Below are positions 8,304 through 20,260 of a stretch of 64,000 bases of DNA, piece by piece. This stretch comes from Thermoanaerobaculia bacterium (GTDB lineage: Bacteria > Acidobacteriota > Thermoanaerobaculia > Gp7-AA8): assembly GCA_035276475.1 (NCBI GenBank), contig DATELQ010000037.1, positions 2,482 through 66,481 on the forward strand, written 5' to 3'. Numbering within the stretch: the stretch's first letter is position 1; every line of letters starts with the position of its first letter. The notes beneath the pieces are model-generated. The model was not told the DNA's origin and ran no database searches. It saw only the letters and a list, made by a program, of their open reading frames with translations. The position numbers and the translations under genes are program-made.

Positions 8304-10460
8304 CTACGGCAGGGTGATGGACTCGGTCGAGACGTTGTAGTACGCGTCGGTCGCGCGAACAATTACAAATTTTCCGGCGATGGCGCTGCGCGTCAGCCGG
8401 TAGCTCTCATCCGGCGAGTCGGCGATGCCGTCGACCGGCGTGAGGCGGATCCACTTCTGCGCGTCGATGGAGTACTCGACCTTGCCGATCGGCGAGAGCT
8501 TGTCGGTCACGCGGATGACGACGTCGCTGCCGCTCACGTTCGAAACGATCTGCGGCGGGGTGTTGTCGACCAGGAACTCGATCCCTTCCTTCGTATCCGT
8601 CAGCGCCCCCTCGGCGTTGTCCTGCGCGTCGGTGACGGAGAGGCGCAGCTCGTACACGCCGTCGGGGAGCTGCGAGGTGTCGAAGTTCATCGACGTCTCG
8701 TCGAGGTTGTCGCGCAGGCGCAGCCAGTTGTCCGTCCCCTTGCGGCGGAACGAGAGCGAGTAGCGCAGCGAGTCGTTGTTCTCGTCGTGCGCGCGCCACG
8801 TCACGGTGCGGTAGCCCTTGCGGTAGACCTTCTTCCCCGGCTCGTTCTTGTCGTGCGCCGGCTCGAGGCTGGTGAAGATGCCGTATTCGTCGGGGTTCGT
8901 GGCCTCGACGACGTTGGGCGACTGCGGGTAGCTGCCGGTGATGTAGACGACGGCCGGCTCCTGCACGGCGACGTTGTCGATGACCGGGGCGACGTTGCGG
9001 TTGAGGAAGGAGATGGTGACGGTGTCGACGGCGATGTCGGGCGCGGGATTCGGCATGGTGAGCTTCCACTGCACGTACCGCCCCGCCGGCGCCTGAATCG
9101 ACCCCTCGGACGCCGCCGTCGAGGCGCTCCACGGACTCCACGTGGCGTCGGGCGTGCGCGTGTTGCCGCTGCGGAAGGCGATGGCGAGGTGGCCGTTGTC
9201 GACGTCGCTGCCGTCGATGCGGTAGTGGCCGAAGCGCGAGAAGCGGTCGACGTCCTTCGCCGCGGAGCGGAACTCCGCCTTCGCCGACGGCGCGCTTTCC
9301 ATGCGATAGATCGCACCGCTGTTGGTCGTCGTGATCAAGCCGTCCGAGGAGATCGAGACGACCTGCTTCTCCGGCACGGTGGCGATGAGCGACACCTCGG
9401 TGCCTTTCATCGAATAGACGCGTCCCTGCGGGCCGCTCGACAGCAGGATCGTGCCGTTCGGGCCGCCGCTGATGGCGTAGACCATCTCGCGGTCGAACTT
9501 GCGCACGGTCTGCACGAAGCCGTCGGGATCGATGCGGTAGATCTCGCCGCTGCCGCCACTCGTCACGGCCGCGGCGGCGGAGTCGTCGAACGAGTACGAA
9601 ACCTCGACCGAGGCGGTGGGCTCGTCTTTCTTCGGCTCGGCGCCGGTGGCCGTCGCGGACGTGCTCGTGCCCGAGGGCTGCGGCGTCTTCTGCTGCGGCT
9701 TGGGCGCGCTGGACGGCAGCACGTTGCTCGCCGCCGAGGCCCAGCCGGTGCCGTTCGCATCGACGTAGATCGCGGAGATCTCGCTCAGCGGCGAGTCGAA
9801 GAGCGCGTGGGCGCTGCCGTCCGGACGCACTTCGTAGATCCGGCCCTTGCCCGAGCCGCCGGCGAGGATCGAGCCGTCTTTGCGCACGGCGAGCGAGCGC
9901 AGGTGCGTGTCGGGCGCGTCGAAGAAGACCTTCCCCTCCCCGTTCGCGGCGACGCGGAAGAGCTTTCCTTCGACGCCGGTGGCGGCGAGGAGGTCGTTGC
10001 CGCTGAAGGCGAGGGCCCAGATGTAAGCCTGCTTCGGATCGAAGACGACGGTGGACTTGCCGGTGTCGTCGACGCGGTAGATCTTCCCGTTCGGCGACGT
10101 GCCGGCGTAGAGAGCGCCGTCATGCCAGGCGATGGTGTAGATCTCCGGCTCCGGCGCGGTCCAGACGACTTTGAGGTCGCTGCCGCGGAGGCGATAGAGC
10201 TTGCCGTCGTTGCCGGTGCCGAAGTAGCGGTCGCCGTTCGCCGCCGTGGCCTGGGAGAGGACGAACGGATCGGTGAACGAGGCGATCTTCGTCACGCCCG
10301 GTGCCGGCCGGAGCTCTCCGCGCGAGGTGACGGCGAAGCCGTCAACCTCGCCCGCGAGGAAATCCTCGGTGCTGCGGACTCTCCAGAATTGCGGGACGAC
10401 GGCGAAGGCGGTGGACGAGAACAGTGCCACTAAAAGCGCAAGGCGAAACCGCATGCACAC
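8304..10460 (-). CDS. secreted beta-propeller repeat protein with C-terminal beta-sandwich (Ig/FN3-like) region
   Basis: 718 aa; signal peptide; about 7 repeats of G(K/R/E)(L/I)(Y/F)R(V/L/I/M) blade motif; 3-nt gap to S55 peptidase gene. Confidence 0.6.
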   Translation of the reverse strand: MCMRFRLALLVALFSSTAFAVVPQFWRVRSTEDFLAGEVDGFAVTSRGELRPAPGVTKIASFTDPFVLSQATAANGDRYFGTGNDGKLYRLRGSDLKVVWTAPEPEIYTIAWHDGALYAGTSPNGKIYRVDDTGKSTVVFDPKQAYIWALAFSGNDLLAATGVEGKLFRVAANGEGKVFFDAPDTHLRSLAVRKDGSILAGGSGKGRIYEVRPDGSAHALFDSPLSEISAIYVDANGTGWASAASNVLPSSAPKPQQKTPQPSGTSTSATATGAEPKKDEPTASVEVSYSFDDSAAAAVTSGGSGEIYRIDPDGFVQTVRKFDREMVYAISGGPNGTILLSSGPQGRVYSMKGTEVSLIATVPEKQVVSISSDGLITTTNSGAIYRMESAPSAKAEFRSAAKDVDRFSRFGHYRIDGSDVDNGHLAIAFRSGNTRTPDATWSPWSASTAASEGSIQAPAGRYVQWKLTMPNPAPDIAVDTVTISFLNRNVAPVIDNVAVQEPAVVYITGSYPQSPNVVEATNPDEYGIFTSLEPAHDKNEPGKKVYRKGYRTVTWRAHDENNDSLRYSLSFRRKGTDNWLRLRDNLDETSMNFDTSQLPDGVYELRLSVTDAQDNAEGALTDTKEGIEFLVDNTPPQIVSNVSGSDVVIRVTDKLSPIGKVEYSIDAQKWIRLTPVDGIADSPDESYRLTRSAIAGKFVIVRATDAYYNVSTESITLP

Positions 10461-10463
10461 CCT

Positions 10464-12356
10464 TTAAATTGTCGGTTTGATATCGATGTCGATCTTCAGC
10501 GCGCCGTCGACGATGTAGCCGAGGGGACGCGCCTGCTTGGCGGCGGGATGGTACTTCACCGCGGCCTGCGCGCCGTTCGTCGTGTCGGCCGCCACCACGG
10601 CGCGCATGGTCGGCGGAAGGTCCGGCAAATAGACGCCGCTCATCACGGCGCCGTCCGATTGCGAGTAGAGGCCGAGGGTCAGGTCGGTCGACGGGCGGAG
10701 CCGCTGCAGCACCGCCAGCACCTGCTCGAGCGTGCGCGGGTCGGGCGGCACGAGCGAGAAGTCGATCTGGTTCATCAGCGACCCGCTGCCGACGAGGAGG
10801 TAGGCCTGCCCGGGCGGCTGGTTGTCCGGGATCTTCACGTCGAACGTCTCCGTGAAGGCCTCGCCGCGGAACGGCTTGAGGAGCGTGCGCACTTTGACGG
10901 TGTCGCCCGCGGTGAACCGTCCCTTCGCCGGCGAGTCGATCGACGCCTCCAGAAGCTTGGCGATCTTGAGGCCGTCGTCGTGGCGGAGGTGGAGCTTCAC
11001 GCTCTCGATGTCGGCCTGGCGGAACTCGTTCGACATCAGGTACCCGGCCACGATGGCCAGGTACTGCGGAATGGCCTGCCGCGCCTGCGCCCCCGCCCAC
11101 CCTTCGTGCAGGACGATCGGCTGGTCGAAGCCTTTGAGCTTGATCTCCGACTCGAGCATGACCGTGCGCTCGCCGGCGGCGCGCTGGGCGTTGGCGACGA
11201 CGCTGTCGGCGGCCATGGCCAGGATCAGCGGCGAGAGCTGCGTGTGCCGCACGATGTTGACGTGGTAGTTCTTGGCCGGGCCGCCCCCCTCGACCGCGAG
11301 GTCGATCGGGATCATGTCGGCGCTCGCGCCGACCGTGCCCATGATGCCGTTGGCGCGGTCCTGCTTGAACGCGCCGACGATCGCGCCGGTGTTGGCGAAC
11401 TTGAACGAGCTCGCCAGCGAGGGCATGACCGTGATGATCTCCGACTTCGCCATCGGGAAGCTCACTTCACCCATGTCGAGGAACGGGTGGCCGAAGGCGT
11501 AGATCTCGTTGCCGTCGACGACGGTGACGGTGCCGGTGGCGGCAACGTTGAAGTCGCCGTTGAGAAGGACGGCGCCGACAGGGTCGCCGGGCTTGAATTG
11601 CGAAGTGTCCGCTTTCGTCGTCGTTGTCGACGTCGAGGTCGAGCCGCTCGGCACGGCCACGAAGCCCATGGCGTCGAGCCACGGCGCGAAGCGGCTGACG
11701 GTCTCGGGCGCGAAGCTCGACAGCGACAGCGGCACGGCGATCGGCTTCGCGCCGCTCATCGTGCTCGCCGGCGCCGCGCCCGCCAGGCCGTTCTGCATCT
11801 TGGCGAAGAGCTCGTCGGTTTTGTGCTCGGTGATGGCTTTGAGGAAGTCGCCCGCACTCATCCGCGCCGCGGTCACCGCGGCGCTGCTCCCGCCGCCGGA
11901 CTCGGCGATCTTCAGCATCTGCGCGATCGGGGTGATGCCCGCCACCGGCTCCTTGGCGAACTGCCACGAGTACGCGAGCGCGCCGATGACCTTGCCGTCG
12001 ATGTAGACCGGCGAGCCGCTCATGCCGGCGATGACGCCGGCGCGCTGCACGACCGGCGAGTCGACTTTGGCGAGGATCAGGTCCTGCCCGGGGCCGATGT
12101 TGTTCAGCACGCCGAGGATCTCGACGTCGAAGCGGTCGAGGCGCGTCCCCTCGAAGACCGTCACGCCGTAGCCCTTCATCCCTTTATGGATCTGGGAAAG
12201 CGGCATGGTCGACTGCGCCGTAGCGGAAAAGGCGAACAGAGCCGCGACGGCGGCGAGAAGGAGAATTTTGGGTGTGCGCACGACGGGTCTAACTGTACTC
12301 CTCCCCGGCGCTATTTCGCGTTCTGTGCCCGGTGAATCACTCGTAACGAAGCGCAT
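10464..12356 (-). CDS. SpoIVB-like peptidase S55 domain protein, secreted
   Basis: 630 aa; signal peptide; serine-protease motif AGVIAGMSGSPVYIDGKVIGA matching the S55 (SpoIVB) catalytic-Ser context; start may be internal (20-nt overlap with upstream permease). Confidence 0.65.
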   Translation of the reverse strand: MRFVTSDSPGTEREIAPGRSTVRPVVRTPKILLLAAVAALFAFSATAQSTMPLSQIHKGMKGYGVTVFEGTRLDRFDVEILGVLNNIGPGQDLILAKVDSPVVQRAGVIAGMSGSPVYIDGKVIGALAYSWQFAKEPVAGITPIAQMLKIAESGGGSSAAVTAARMSAGDFLKAITEHKTDELFAKMQNGLAGAAPASTMSGAKPIAVPLSLSSFAPETVSRFAPWLDAMGFVAVPSGSTSTSTTTTKADTSQFKPGDPVGAVLLNGDFNVAATGTVTVVDGNEIYAFGHPFLDMGEVSFPMAKSEIITVMPSLASSFKFANTGAIVGAFKQDRANGIMGTVGASADMIPIDLAVEGGGPAKNYHVNIVRHTQLSPLILAMAADSVVANAQRAAGERTVMLESEIKLKGFDQPIVLHEGWAGAQARQAIPQYLAIVAGYLMSNEFRQADIESVKLHLRHDDGLKIAKLLEASIDSPAKGRFTAGDTVKVRTLLKPFRGEAFTETFDVKIPDNQPPGQAYLLVGSGSLMNQIDFSLVPPDPRTLEQVLAVLQRLRPSTDLTLGLYSQSDGAVMSGVYLPDLPPTMRAVVAADTTNGAQAAVKYHPAAKQARPLGYIVDGALKIDIDIKPTI

Positions 12357-13557
12357 CGATCGGATCGAGCTTCGAAGCCTTCGCGGCCGGGTAGATGCCG
12401 AAGATGATGCCGAGCACTGCGCAGAAGCCGAAGGCGATGGCGATGGCCCAGAGCGGCGTGTGGACGGGCGGCAGCTCGAGAAGGCGCTTCAGGAGAAGGC
12501 GTGCCACGTTGGCAAGTAGGTAGCCGCCGGCGACGCCGATGCCGCCGCCGAGGCCCGACAAGACGACGGCCTCGATGAGAAATTGCAGCATGACGTCGGC
12601 GCGGCGGGCTCCGATGGCCTTGCGGACGCCGATCTCGCGCGTCCGCTCCGTCACGGAGACGAGCATGATGTTCATGATCCCGATGCCGCCGACGAGCAGG
12701 GCGATGCCGACGACCGCGCCCATGACGACGCTCGTGGTCGTCAGCGCCTTGGAGATCATCTTCAGGATCTCCTCCTGCGCCAGGACGCGGAAGTCGTTGC
12801 GCTGATCTTTCTTGAGGTGGTGGCGCGTGCGCAGGATCTCCGTGGTCTGTTCTTCGACCTGATCGAGGTCGCTGCCGTTGCGCATCTGAAACGCCAGGAT
12901 GAGGCGCTTCATGTTCTCCGGGCCCCAGATCGATTCCGCGGTGGTGAAGGGGATGAAGACGACGTCGTCGCGGTCCTGGCCGAAGGAGCCGCCCTTCTTT
13001 TCCATGACGCCGACGACCGTGAAGCCGTTGTCGTTGATCTGGATGCTCTTCCCGACCGGGTCGGCGCCGAGCTCGAGCTTCTCCGCAACGGTCTCGCCGA
13101 TGACGCAGACGCGCTTCTTGCTCTCGGCGTCGAGGACGGAGAAGAAGCGCCCGCGATCGACCCAGTGGTTGAAGACGTCCTGGTAGGCGGCGCTGACGCC
13201 CATCAACTGCACGGCGTGGTGGGTCTCCGCCCGCTTGGTCTCGACGTTGGTCATGAAGAGCGGGGTGAAGTCCTTGATGGTCGGCGTGGCCTTCTGCACC
13301 GCCTCGGCGTCCTCGATGGTCAGCTCCGGCAGCTTCTGGGGCAAGCCGCGCCCCTCGCCGGCGTCAGGGAAGACTTCGATGTAATTCGTCCCGACGCTCT
13401 GCAGGTCCTCGGAGAGTTTGTACTGCATCCCCTGGACGAGCGAGACGACGGCGATGACCGCGGCCACGCCGATCATCACGCCGAGGGTCGTGAGGATCGA
13501 GCGCATCTTGTTGGCGCCGATGGCGCGCAACGCGATTTTTACGTTTTCGAAGAACAT
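12337..13557 (-). CDS. MacB/LolC-type ABC transporter permease (FtsX family)
   Basis: 406 aa; [38 protein letters not shown]-terminus, large periplasmic domain, 3 C-terminal TM. Confidence 0.85.
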   Translation of the reverse strand: MFFENVKIALRAIGANKMRSILTTLGVMIGVAAVIAVVSLVQGMQYKLSEDLQSVGTNYIEVFPDAGEGRGLPQKLPELTIEDAEAVQKATPTIKDFTPLFMTNVETKRAETHHAVQLMGVSAAYQDVFNHWVDRGRFFSVLDAESKKRVCVIGETVAEKLELGADPVGKSIQINDNGFTVVGVMEKKGGSFGQDRDDVVFIPFTTAESIWGPENMKRLILAFQMRNGSDLDQVEEQTTEILRTRHHLKKDQRNDFRVLAQEEILKMISKALTTTSVVMGAVVGIALLVGGIGIMNIMLVSVTERTREIGVRKAIGARRADVMLQFLIEAVVLSGLGGGIGVAGGYLLANVARLLLKRLLELPPVHTPLWAIAIAFGFCAVLGIIFGIYPAAKASKLDPIDALRYE

Positions 13558-13569
13558 GGCCGCGACGCG

Positions 13570-14262
13570 CTAATTCGCAATTTTCCCATCCCGAATATGA
13601 ATCACCCTCTTCGCCTCCTGCGCCACATCATCCTCATGCGTCACCATGATGATCGAGTTCCCGCGGCTGTGGAGGTCGCGGAAGAGGTCGAGGATCTCGC
13701 GGCCGGTTTGGGAGTCGAGGTTGCCGGTGGGCTCGTCGGCCAGCAGCAGCGACGGCTTGTTCACCAGGGCGCGGGCGATCGCCACGCGCTGGCGCTGGCC
13801 GCCGGAGAGCTCGTTCGGCTGGTGGTTCATGCGGTCGCCGAGGCCCACCGCGGAGAGCGCCTCCTCGGCCAGCTGACGGCGCTCGGCCCGGGGGATCTTC
13901 GCGTAGACGAGCGGCAGCTCCACGTTCTGCAGCGCCGTCGTGCGGGCCAGCAGGTTGAACGTCTGGAACACGAAGCCGATCTTCTTGTTGCGCACGGCCG
14001 CCAGCTCGTCGTCGTTCATCGACTCCACCGGCGTGCCGTCGAGGATGTACTGCCCCGCGCTGGGGCGGTCGAGGCAGCCGATGATGTTCATCAGCGTCGA
14101 CTTGCCCGAGCCCGACGGCCCCATGATCGCCACGTACTCCCCCTGCGCCACGATCAGGTCGACGCCGCGCAGCGCGTAGATCTCCTGCGGCCCGAGTTGG
14201 TAGACGCGGGTCAGCTCGTGCATCTCGATCAGGTGTGCGCCGTTGCCGTTTCCGTTGCTCAC
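13570..14262 (-). CDS. ABC transporter ATP-binding protein (MacB/LolD type)
   Basis: Walker [10 protein letters not shown], signature [15 protein letters not shown], Walker [13 protein letters not shown]. Confidence 0.9.
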   Translation of the reverse strand: MSNGNGNGAHLIEMHELTRVYQLGPQEIYALRGVDLIVAQGEYVAIMGPSGSGKSTLMNIIGCLDRPSAGQYILDGTPVESMNDDELAAVRNKKIGFVFQTFNLLARTTALQNVELPLVYAKIPRAERRQLAEEALSAVGLGDRMNHQPNELSGGQRQRVAIARALVNKPSLLLADEPTGNLDSQTGREILDLFRDLHSRGNSIIMVTHEDDVAQEAKRVIHIRDGKIAN

Positions 14263-15482
14263 GTCTTGGTCTCCTTCGCCGGCTCCTTCGTCGCTTCGAC
14301 GTGCGCGCCGTCCTTGAGACTCTTCAGGATCCGAAATGGTCCGGTGACGATCTTGTCGCCCGCTTTGACGCCGCTCGTGATGGCTACGTTGGTCGCGTCG
14401 CTGATCCCCGTCGCCACCTCGGTCATCTTGGCCACGCCGTCCTTCACCACGAATACGTATTTTTTCTTCGGCGCGTTCTCGTCGACCGTGTCGGTCTTCT
14501 TCGCTCCGGCCACCGGCGGCACGCGCTCGACGACGGCCTGGATCGGCACCGCCACCGCGCTCGGCGCGGAGAGCGTCGTGATCGACACCTGCGCGGTCAT
14601 GCCGGGGCGGAGACGGTCGTCGGCGTTCTCGATTGCGGACTTCACCTTGAAGTAGCGCATCCCCGAGCCGGCGCTGGCGCGCTGCGTAGCCGAGCTGCCG
14701 ATCTCCACGACGCGGCCGACGTAGTCCTTGTCCGGCACGGCGTCGACTTTGATCTTCGCCGGCTGCCCGAGCTTGATTCCGACGACTTCAGTCTCGCCCA
14801 CGTCCGCCTCGGCGAGGATCTCCGCCAGGTCGGCAATCACCGCAATCACCGACGCAGGATTGTTCATCGTCCCGGTGACGACGACTTCGCCCTCGTGGGC
14901 GTTGAGCTGCACGACCTTCCCGTCGATCGGCGAGACGATCGTTGTGTGCGACAGGTCGGTCTGCGACGACGTCAGGAGGGCCACGGCCTGCCGGACCCCT
15001 TCCTGCGCCGAGGCGTAGCCGGCGCGGGCGTTCTCGATGTCGAGCTTGGCCTTTTCGAAGATCTCCTGCGCCTGGATCCCCTGCGTCTGCATGTTCACGG
15101 CGCGTTTGTACGCGAGGTCGGCCGTCGCCAGCGCCACGCGCGCGCGCTCGACCTCGATCTTTCGGTTCTGCACCTCGGCCTGGGCGCGCTGGTACTGCGC
15201 TTCGTAGGCCGGGCGCTCCAGATCGATGAGCTTCTGGTTGCGGCGCACCATGTCGCCCTCTTTGATGTAGAGGCGCTCGATCTTGCCGACGATGTGCGCG
15301 CTGATGTTGACCTTGAGACTCGGGTTGATCTCCGCGGGCGCCGTGACGACCGACTCGATCTTCTTCGTCTTCACCGTGTCGATGTAGACCTGCTCGGCGT
15401 TCGACGAGGTCGATTTGATGCTGAAGAGGACGATGACGGCGACGACGATGACGGCGCCGCCGATGATCAGCGTCCGCTTCAC
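14259..15482 (-). CDS. efflux periplasmic adaptor subunit (MacA/HlyD family)
   Basis: 407 aa; N-terminal TM, coiled-coil and beta-barrel/lipoyl pattern; ATGA overlaps with both neighbours. Confidence 0.85.
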   Translation of the reverse strand: MKRTLIIGGAVIVVAVIVLFSIKSTSSNAEQVYIDTVKTKKIESVVTAPAEINPSLKVNISAHIVGKIERLYIKEGDMVRRNQKLIDLERPAYEAQYQRAQAEVQNRKIEVERARVALATADLAYKRAVNMQTQGIQAQEIFEKAKLDIENARAGYASAQEGVRQAVALLTSSQTDLSHTTIVSPIDGKVVQLNAHEGEVVVTGTMNNPASVIAVIADLAEILAEADVGETEVVGIKLGQPAKIKVDAVPDKDYVGRVVEIGSSATQRASAGSGMRYFKVKSAIENADDRLRPGMTAQVSITTLSAPSAVAVPIQAVVERVPPVAGAKKTDTVDENAPKKKYVFVVKDGVAKMTEVATGISDATNVAITSGVKAGDKIVTGPFRILKSLKDGAHVEATKEPAKETKT

Positions 15483-16222
15483 TTAGCCCTCATCTTCGCC
15501 ATCGCTCCCCCGCCCAAGGCAAAGAGAGTCCCGATGCACCACACCACGAACACGACCGCTGCGGTCTTCGCCTTCGACAGGCGCGAGGACGCCGACAGTC
15601 CGATCACCACCAGGATGAGCGTCCAGAGGAGGAAGAGGTCGAAGCGCTGCAAGACCGCCCACAGCATCGGATTGGCCTTGAAGCTCGTAAGGAACGCGGG
15701 ACTCGATCGGACGATCGTCTCCACCTCCTGCGGGGCGATGGAGTTCTTCGTCAGGACGATCGGAATGCGCACGAGCATCCGTATGGCCAGCGGCATCCAC
15801 GAGTAGAGCACGACGGAGAAGACCTGCGCATACGTCGCTACGCCGCCGAGCATCTTCGTGCCGACCCAGTAGAGGAGCGCGGCCACGGCGATGAAGCCGA
15901 TGATGAAGATCGGGCTGAGATACTGCGCGCCCTTCGCGAAGGCGAGGCCGATCCTCATGGCCTGATCCGCCTGCGGCCCCGAAACGCCCTTTGCGTCCAT
16001 GGCCTCGCGCATCTGGGATTCGAAGTCCAGACGCGGCACCGTCACGATCACCGCGGCGAAGGCGACGAGCACGATGACAATCGCCGGCACGACCCAGTCA
16101 GGCTTCCGGGCGATCTCCGCGAAGGTCTGACCGGGCGAAAAGAGCACGCCGATGATGCGGCTGAACGAGCTGGAGGGCTTTTCGCTGGGCGGCGCTTCGA
16201 CCGCCGGGCTGACGTCCGTCAT
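15479..16222 (-). CDS. Yip1-domain integral membrane protein
   Basis: Start set at internal MTDVSPA, giving an ATGA overlap with TolC stop; 5 predicted TM helices in Yip1-like arrangement. Confidence 0.6.
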   Translation of the reverse strand: MTDVSPAVEAPPSEKPSSSFSRIIGVLFSPGQTFAEIARKPDWVVPAIVIVLVAFAAVIVTVPRLDFESQMREAMDAKGVSGPQADQAMRIGLAFAKGAQYLSPIFIIGFIAVAALLYWVGTKMLGGVATYAQVFSVVLYSWMPLAIRMLVRIPIVLTKNSIAPQEVETIVRSSPAFLTSFKANPMLWAVLQRFDLFLLWTLILVVIGLSASSRLSKAKTAAVVFVVWCIGTLFALGGGAMAKMRAK

Positions 16223-17928
16223 TTCTTCTTCTCCTCGGTGTTGGACTGCTGTTTTTCGTAGTTCAGCCAACTATACCGGTCGAAGAAAGTAAAGAGACGG
16301 GGTTCCTGCACGGTTTCCTGATCCACCTTGATGTTGCGGACGTCGAGGAGGTCGCCGACGGCGCGGTGGTACGCGGAGACGGCCTTGTTGTAGGCGACGA
16401 GGGCCTGGAGCTCGCGGGCGCGGGAGTCGGAGAGCTGCTGCTGGATCTGCAGGACCTGGAAGATCGTGGTCATGCCGTTCTCGTAGCGCTTCCGCTCCGC
16501 GTCGAGGTTCTGCTCCGCGGCCTCGCGCGCCGTCTTCGTGGCCGTGATCTCCTTCGCCGCCGTGTCGGTGGCGCGGGCGGTATTGCGGACTTCGAGGGCG
16601 ATGTTCTGCCGGGTCTGGTCGGTCAGGATGCGCGTGCGGTCGACTTCGAGCTCCGCGCGCTTGGCCTCGGCGCGCGCGCCGATGTTCAGCACCGGCACGC
16701 CGACGAGGAAGCCGACGGTCCACGACGGAAAGTTGTTGCCGAGGACCTGGCCGACGGCGTGCGGCAGCCCGGTGCTGTCGAAGCCGATGACCTGGTTGGT
16801 GACGGGATCGACGATCGGGGCGCGGCCGCCGAGGCCGGCGGCGGTGTAGTTGACGATGGCGTCGAGCTTCGGCCGGACCTGGTTGCGCGCGTAGGTGTAC
16901 TGCACCTGCGCGTTAGAGGTGGTGAGCTGCGACTCGCGCAGCTCGGGCCGGAGGTCGAACGCGCGCGCCAGGGAGTCCTGGACGTTGATCGTCATCGGCG
17001 TGTACGTGACCGTGTCGGTCGGCACGATCGGCCGGTCCCATTCCTCCTGCGGGAGGTTGAGCAGCGCGCGGATCTGGTCCTCGGCGTCGCGCACCGACGC
17101 GATGGCGGCGATGAGCGACTCCTCGGTCGTGGCGATCTGCACTCGCGGCTGGAGGATGTCGAGCGGCGCCGAGGCGCCGACGTTGATGCGGATCTGGGTG
17201 ATGCGGGCCTGGTCGCGGGCCAGGAAGAGCGCTTCCTTCTGCACGTCGACGAAGCGCCGCGCGTAGACGAGGTCGAGGTAGGCCTGCTCGGTGGTGACGA
17301 CGGTGTTGATCAGGATGCGCCGGAACTCCTCGGAGTTGATGCCGAAGGTATTCCGCGCGATGGTGATCTGCCGGCGGTTGATGTCCATGCCGAAGTTGCG
17401 CAGCAACGGCTGCTGCAACCCGAGCGAGAGCGAGGAGCCGAACGCCGGCGACACCGTGGTGAAGCCGCCCGTCTGCACGAGGCGGTTGTTGTCGACGAAG
17501 ACGGAGTACGTGCCGCCGGTCGGCAGGAGCTGCGACACGCCGAGGTTGACGAACGTGTTGCGGCTTGCCGATGCCGTCGCCTGCGACGAGACCGGGCTCT
17601 CCTTGCTCGAGTGCTCGATGTCAGCGGTCGTGAACCAGTCGAACGGCCCGTAGGCCTCGCGCAGGCTCTGGCCGGACTCGCGCCAGTCGTAGCGCTGCAC
17701 CTGCACGCCGAGGTTCTGCCCCACGGCCGTGCGGATGGCCTCGTCGAGCGAGAGCTTCAGCGCCCGCGGGTTGCTGACGTCCTTGTCCGTCTCGGCCGTC
17801 ACCGGCGACGTGTAGGTCTCTTCTTTCTGTTCCTGCTGCGTAGTCGTCGTCCCTGGCGTCTGGGCGATGAGCGCAGTCGCGCTCAGCGCAAAACAGGCGG
17901 AGATCAGGACACGGCGGATTTGCGACAT
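16219..17928 (-). CDS. TolC-family outer membrane efflux protein
   Basis: Start set at MSQIRRVLISACFALSATALIAQ (signal peptide), preceded by GGAGGAATCCGC-ATG Shine-Dalgarno; two outer-membrane-efflux repeats. Confidence 0.85.
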   Translation of the reverse strand: MSQIRRVLISACFALSATALIAQTPGTTTTQQEQKEETYTSPVTAETDKDVSNPRALKLSLDEAIRTAVGQNLGVQVQRYDWRESGQSLREAYGPFDWFTTADIEHSSKESPVSSQATASASRNTFVNLGVSQLLPTGGTYSVFVDNNRLVQTGGFTTVSPAFGSSLSLGLQQPLLRNFGMDINRRQITIARNTFGINSEEFRRILINTVVTTEQAYLDLVYARRFVDVQKEALFLARDQARITQIRINVGASAPLDILQPRVQIATTEESLIAAIASVRDAEDQIRALLNLPQEEWDRPIVPTDTVTYTPMTINVQDSLARAFDLRPELRESQLTTSNAQVQYTYARNQVRPKLDAIVNYTAAGLGGRAPIVDPVTNQVIGFDSTGLPHAVGQVLGNNFPSWTVGFLVGVPVLNIGARAEAKRAELEVDRTRILTDQTRQNIALEVRNTARATDTAAKEITATKTAREAAEQNLDAERKRYENGMTTIFQVLQIQQQLSDSRARELQALVAYNKAVSAYHRAVGDLLDVRNIKVDQETVQEPRLFTFFDRYSWLNYEKQQSNTEEKKK

Positions 17929-17978
17929 GCGGATTCCTCCTAAGACTCGCCTCATGTACGAAGTTCTGTTTGGATTGT

Positions 17979-20224
<2,246 letters not shown>

Positions 20225-20260
20225 AGGTGGATCGTAGCAAGAACGGTGTCAGCAGCGGGA

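Noticed and set aside
8304-12356. Sporulation (SpoIVB) function for the S55 peptidase
   Set aside because: No other sporulation genes are present, and the cell-envelope genes in the window (TolC, tripartite efflux) are Gram-negative-type. Only the protease family assignment is retained.
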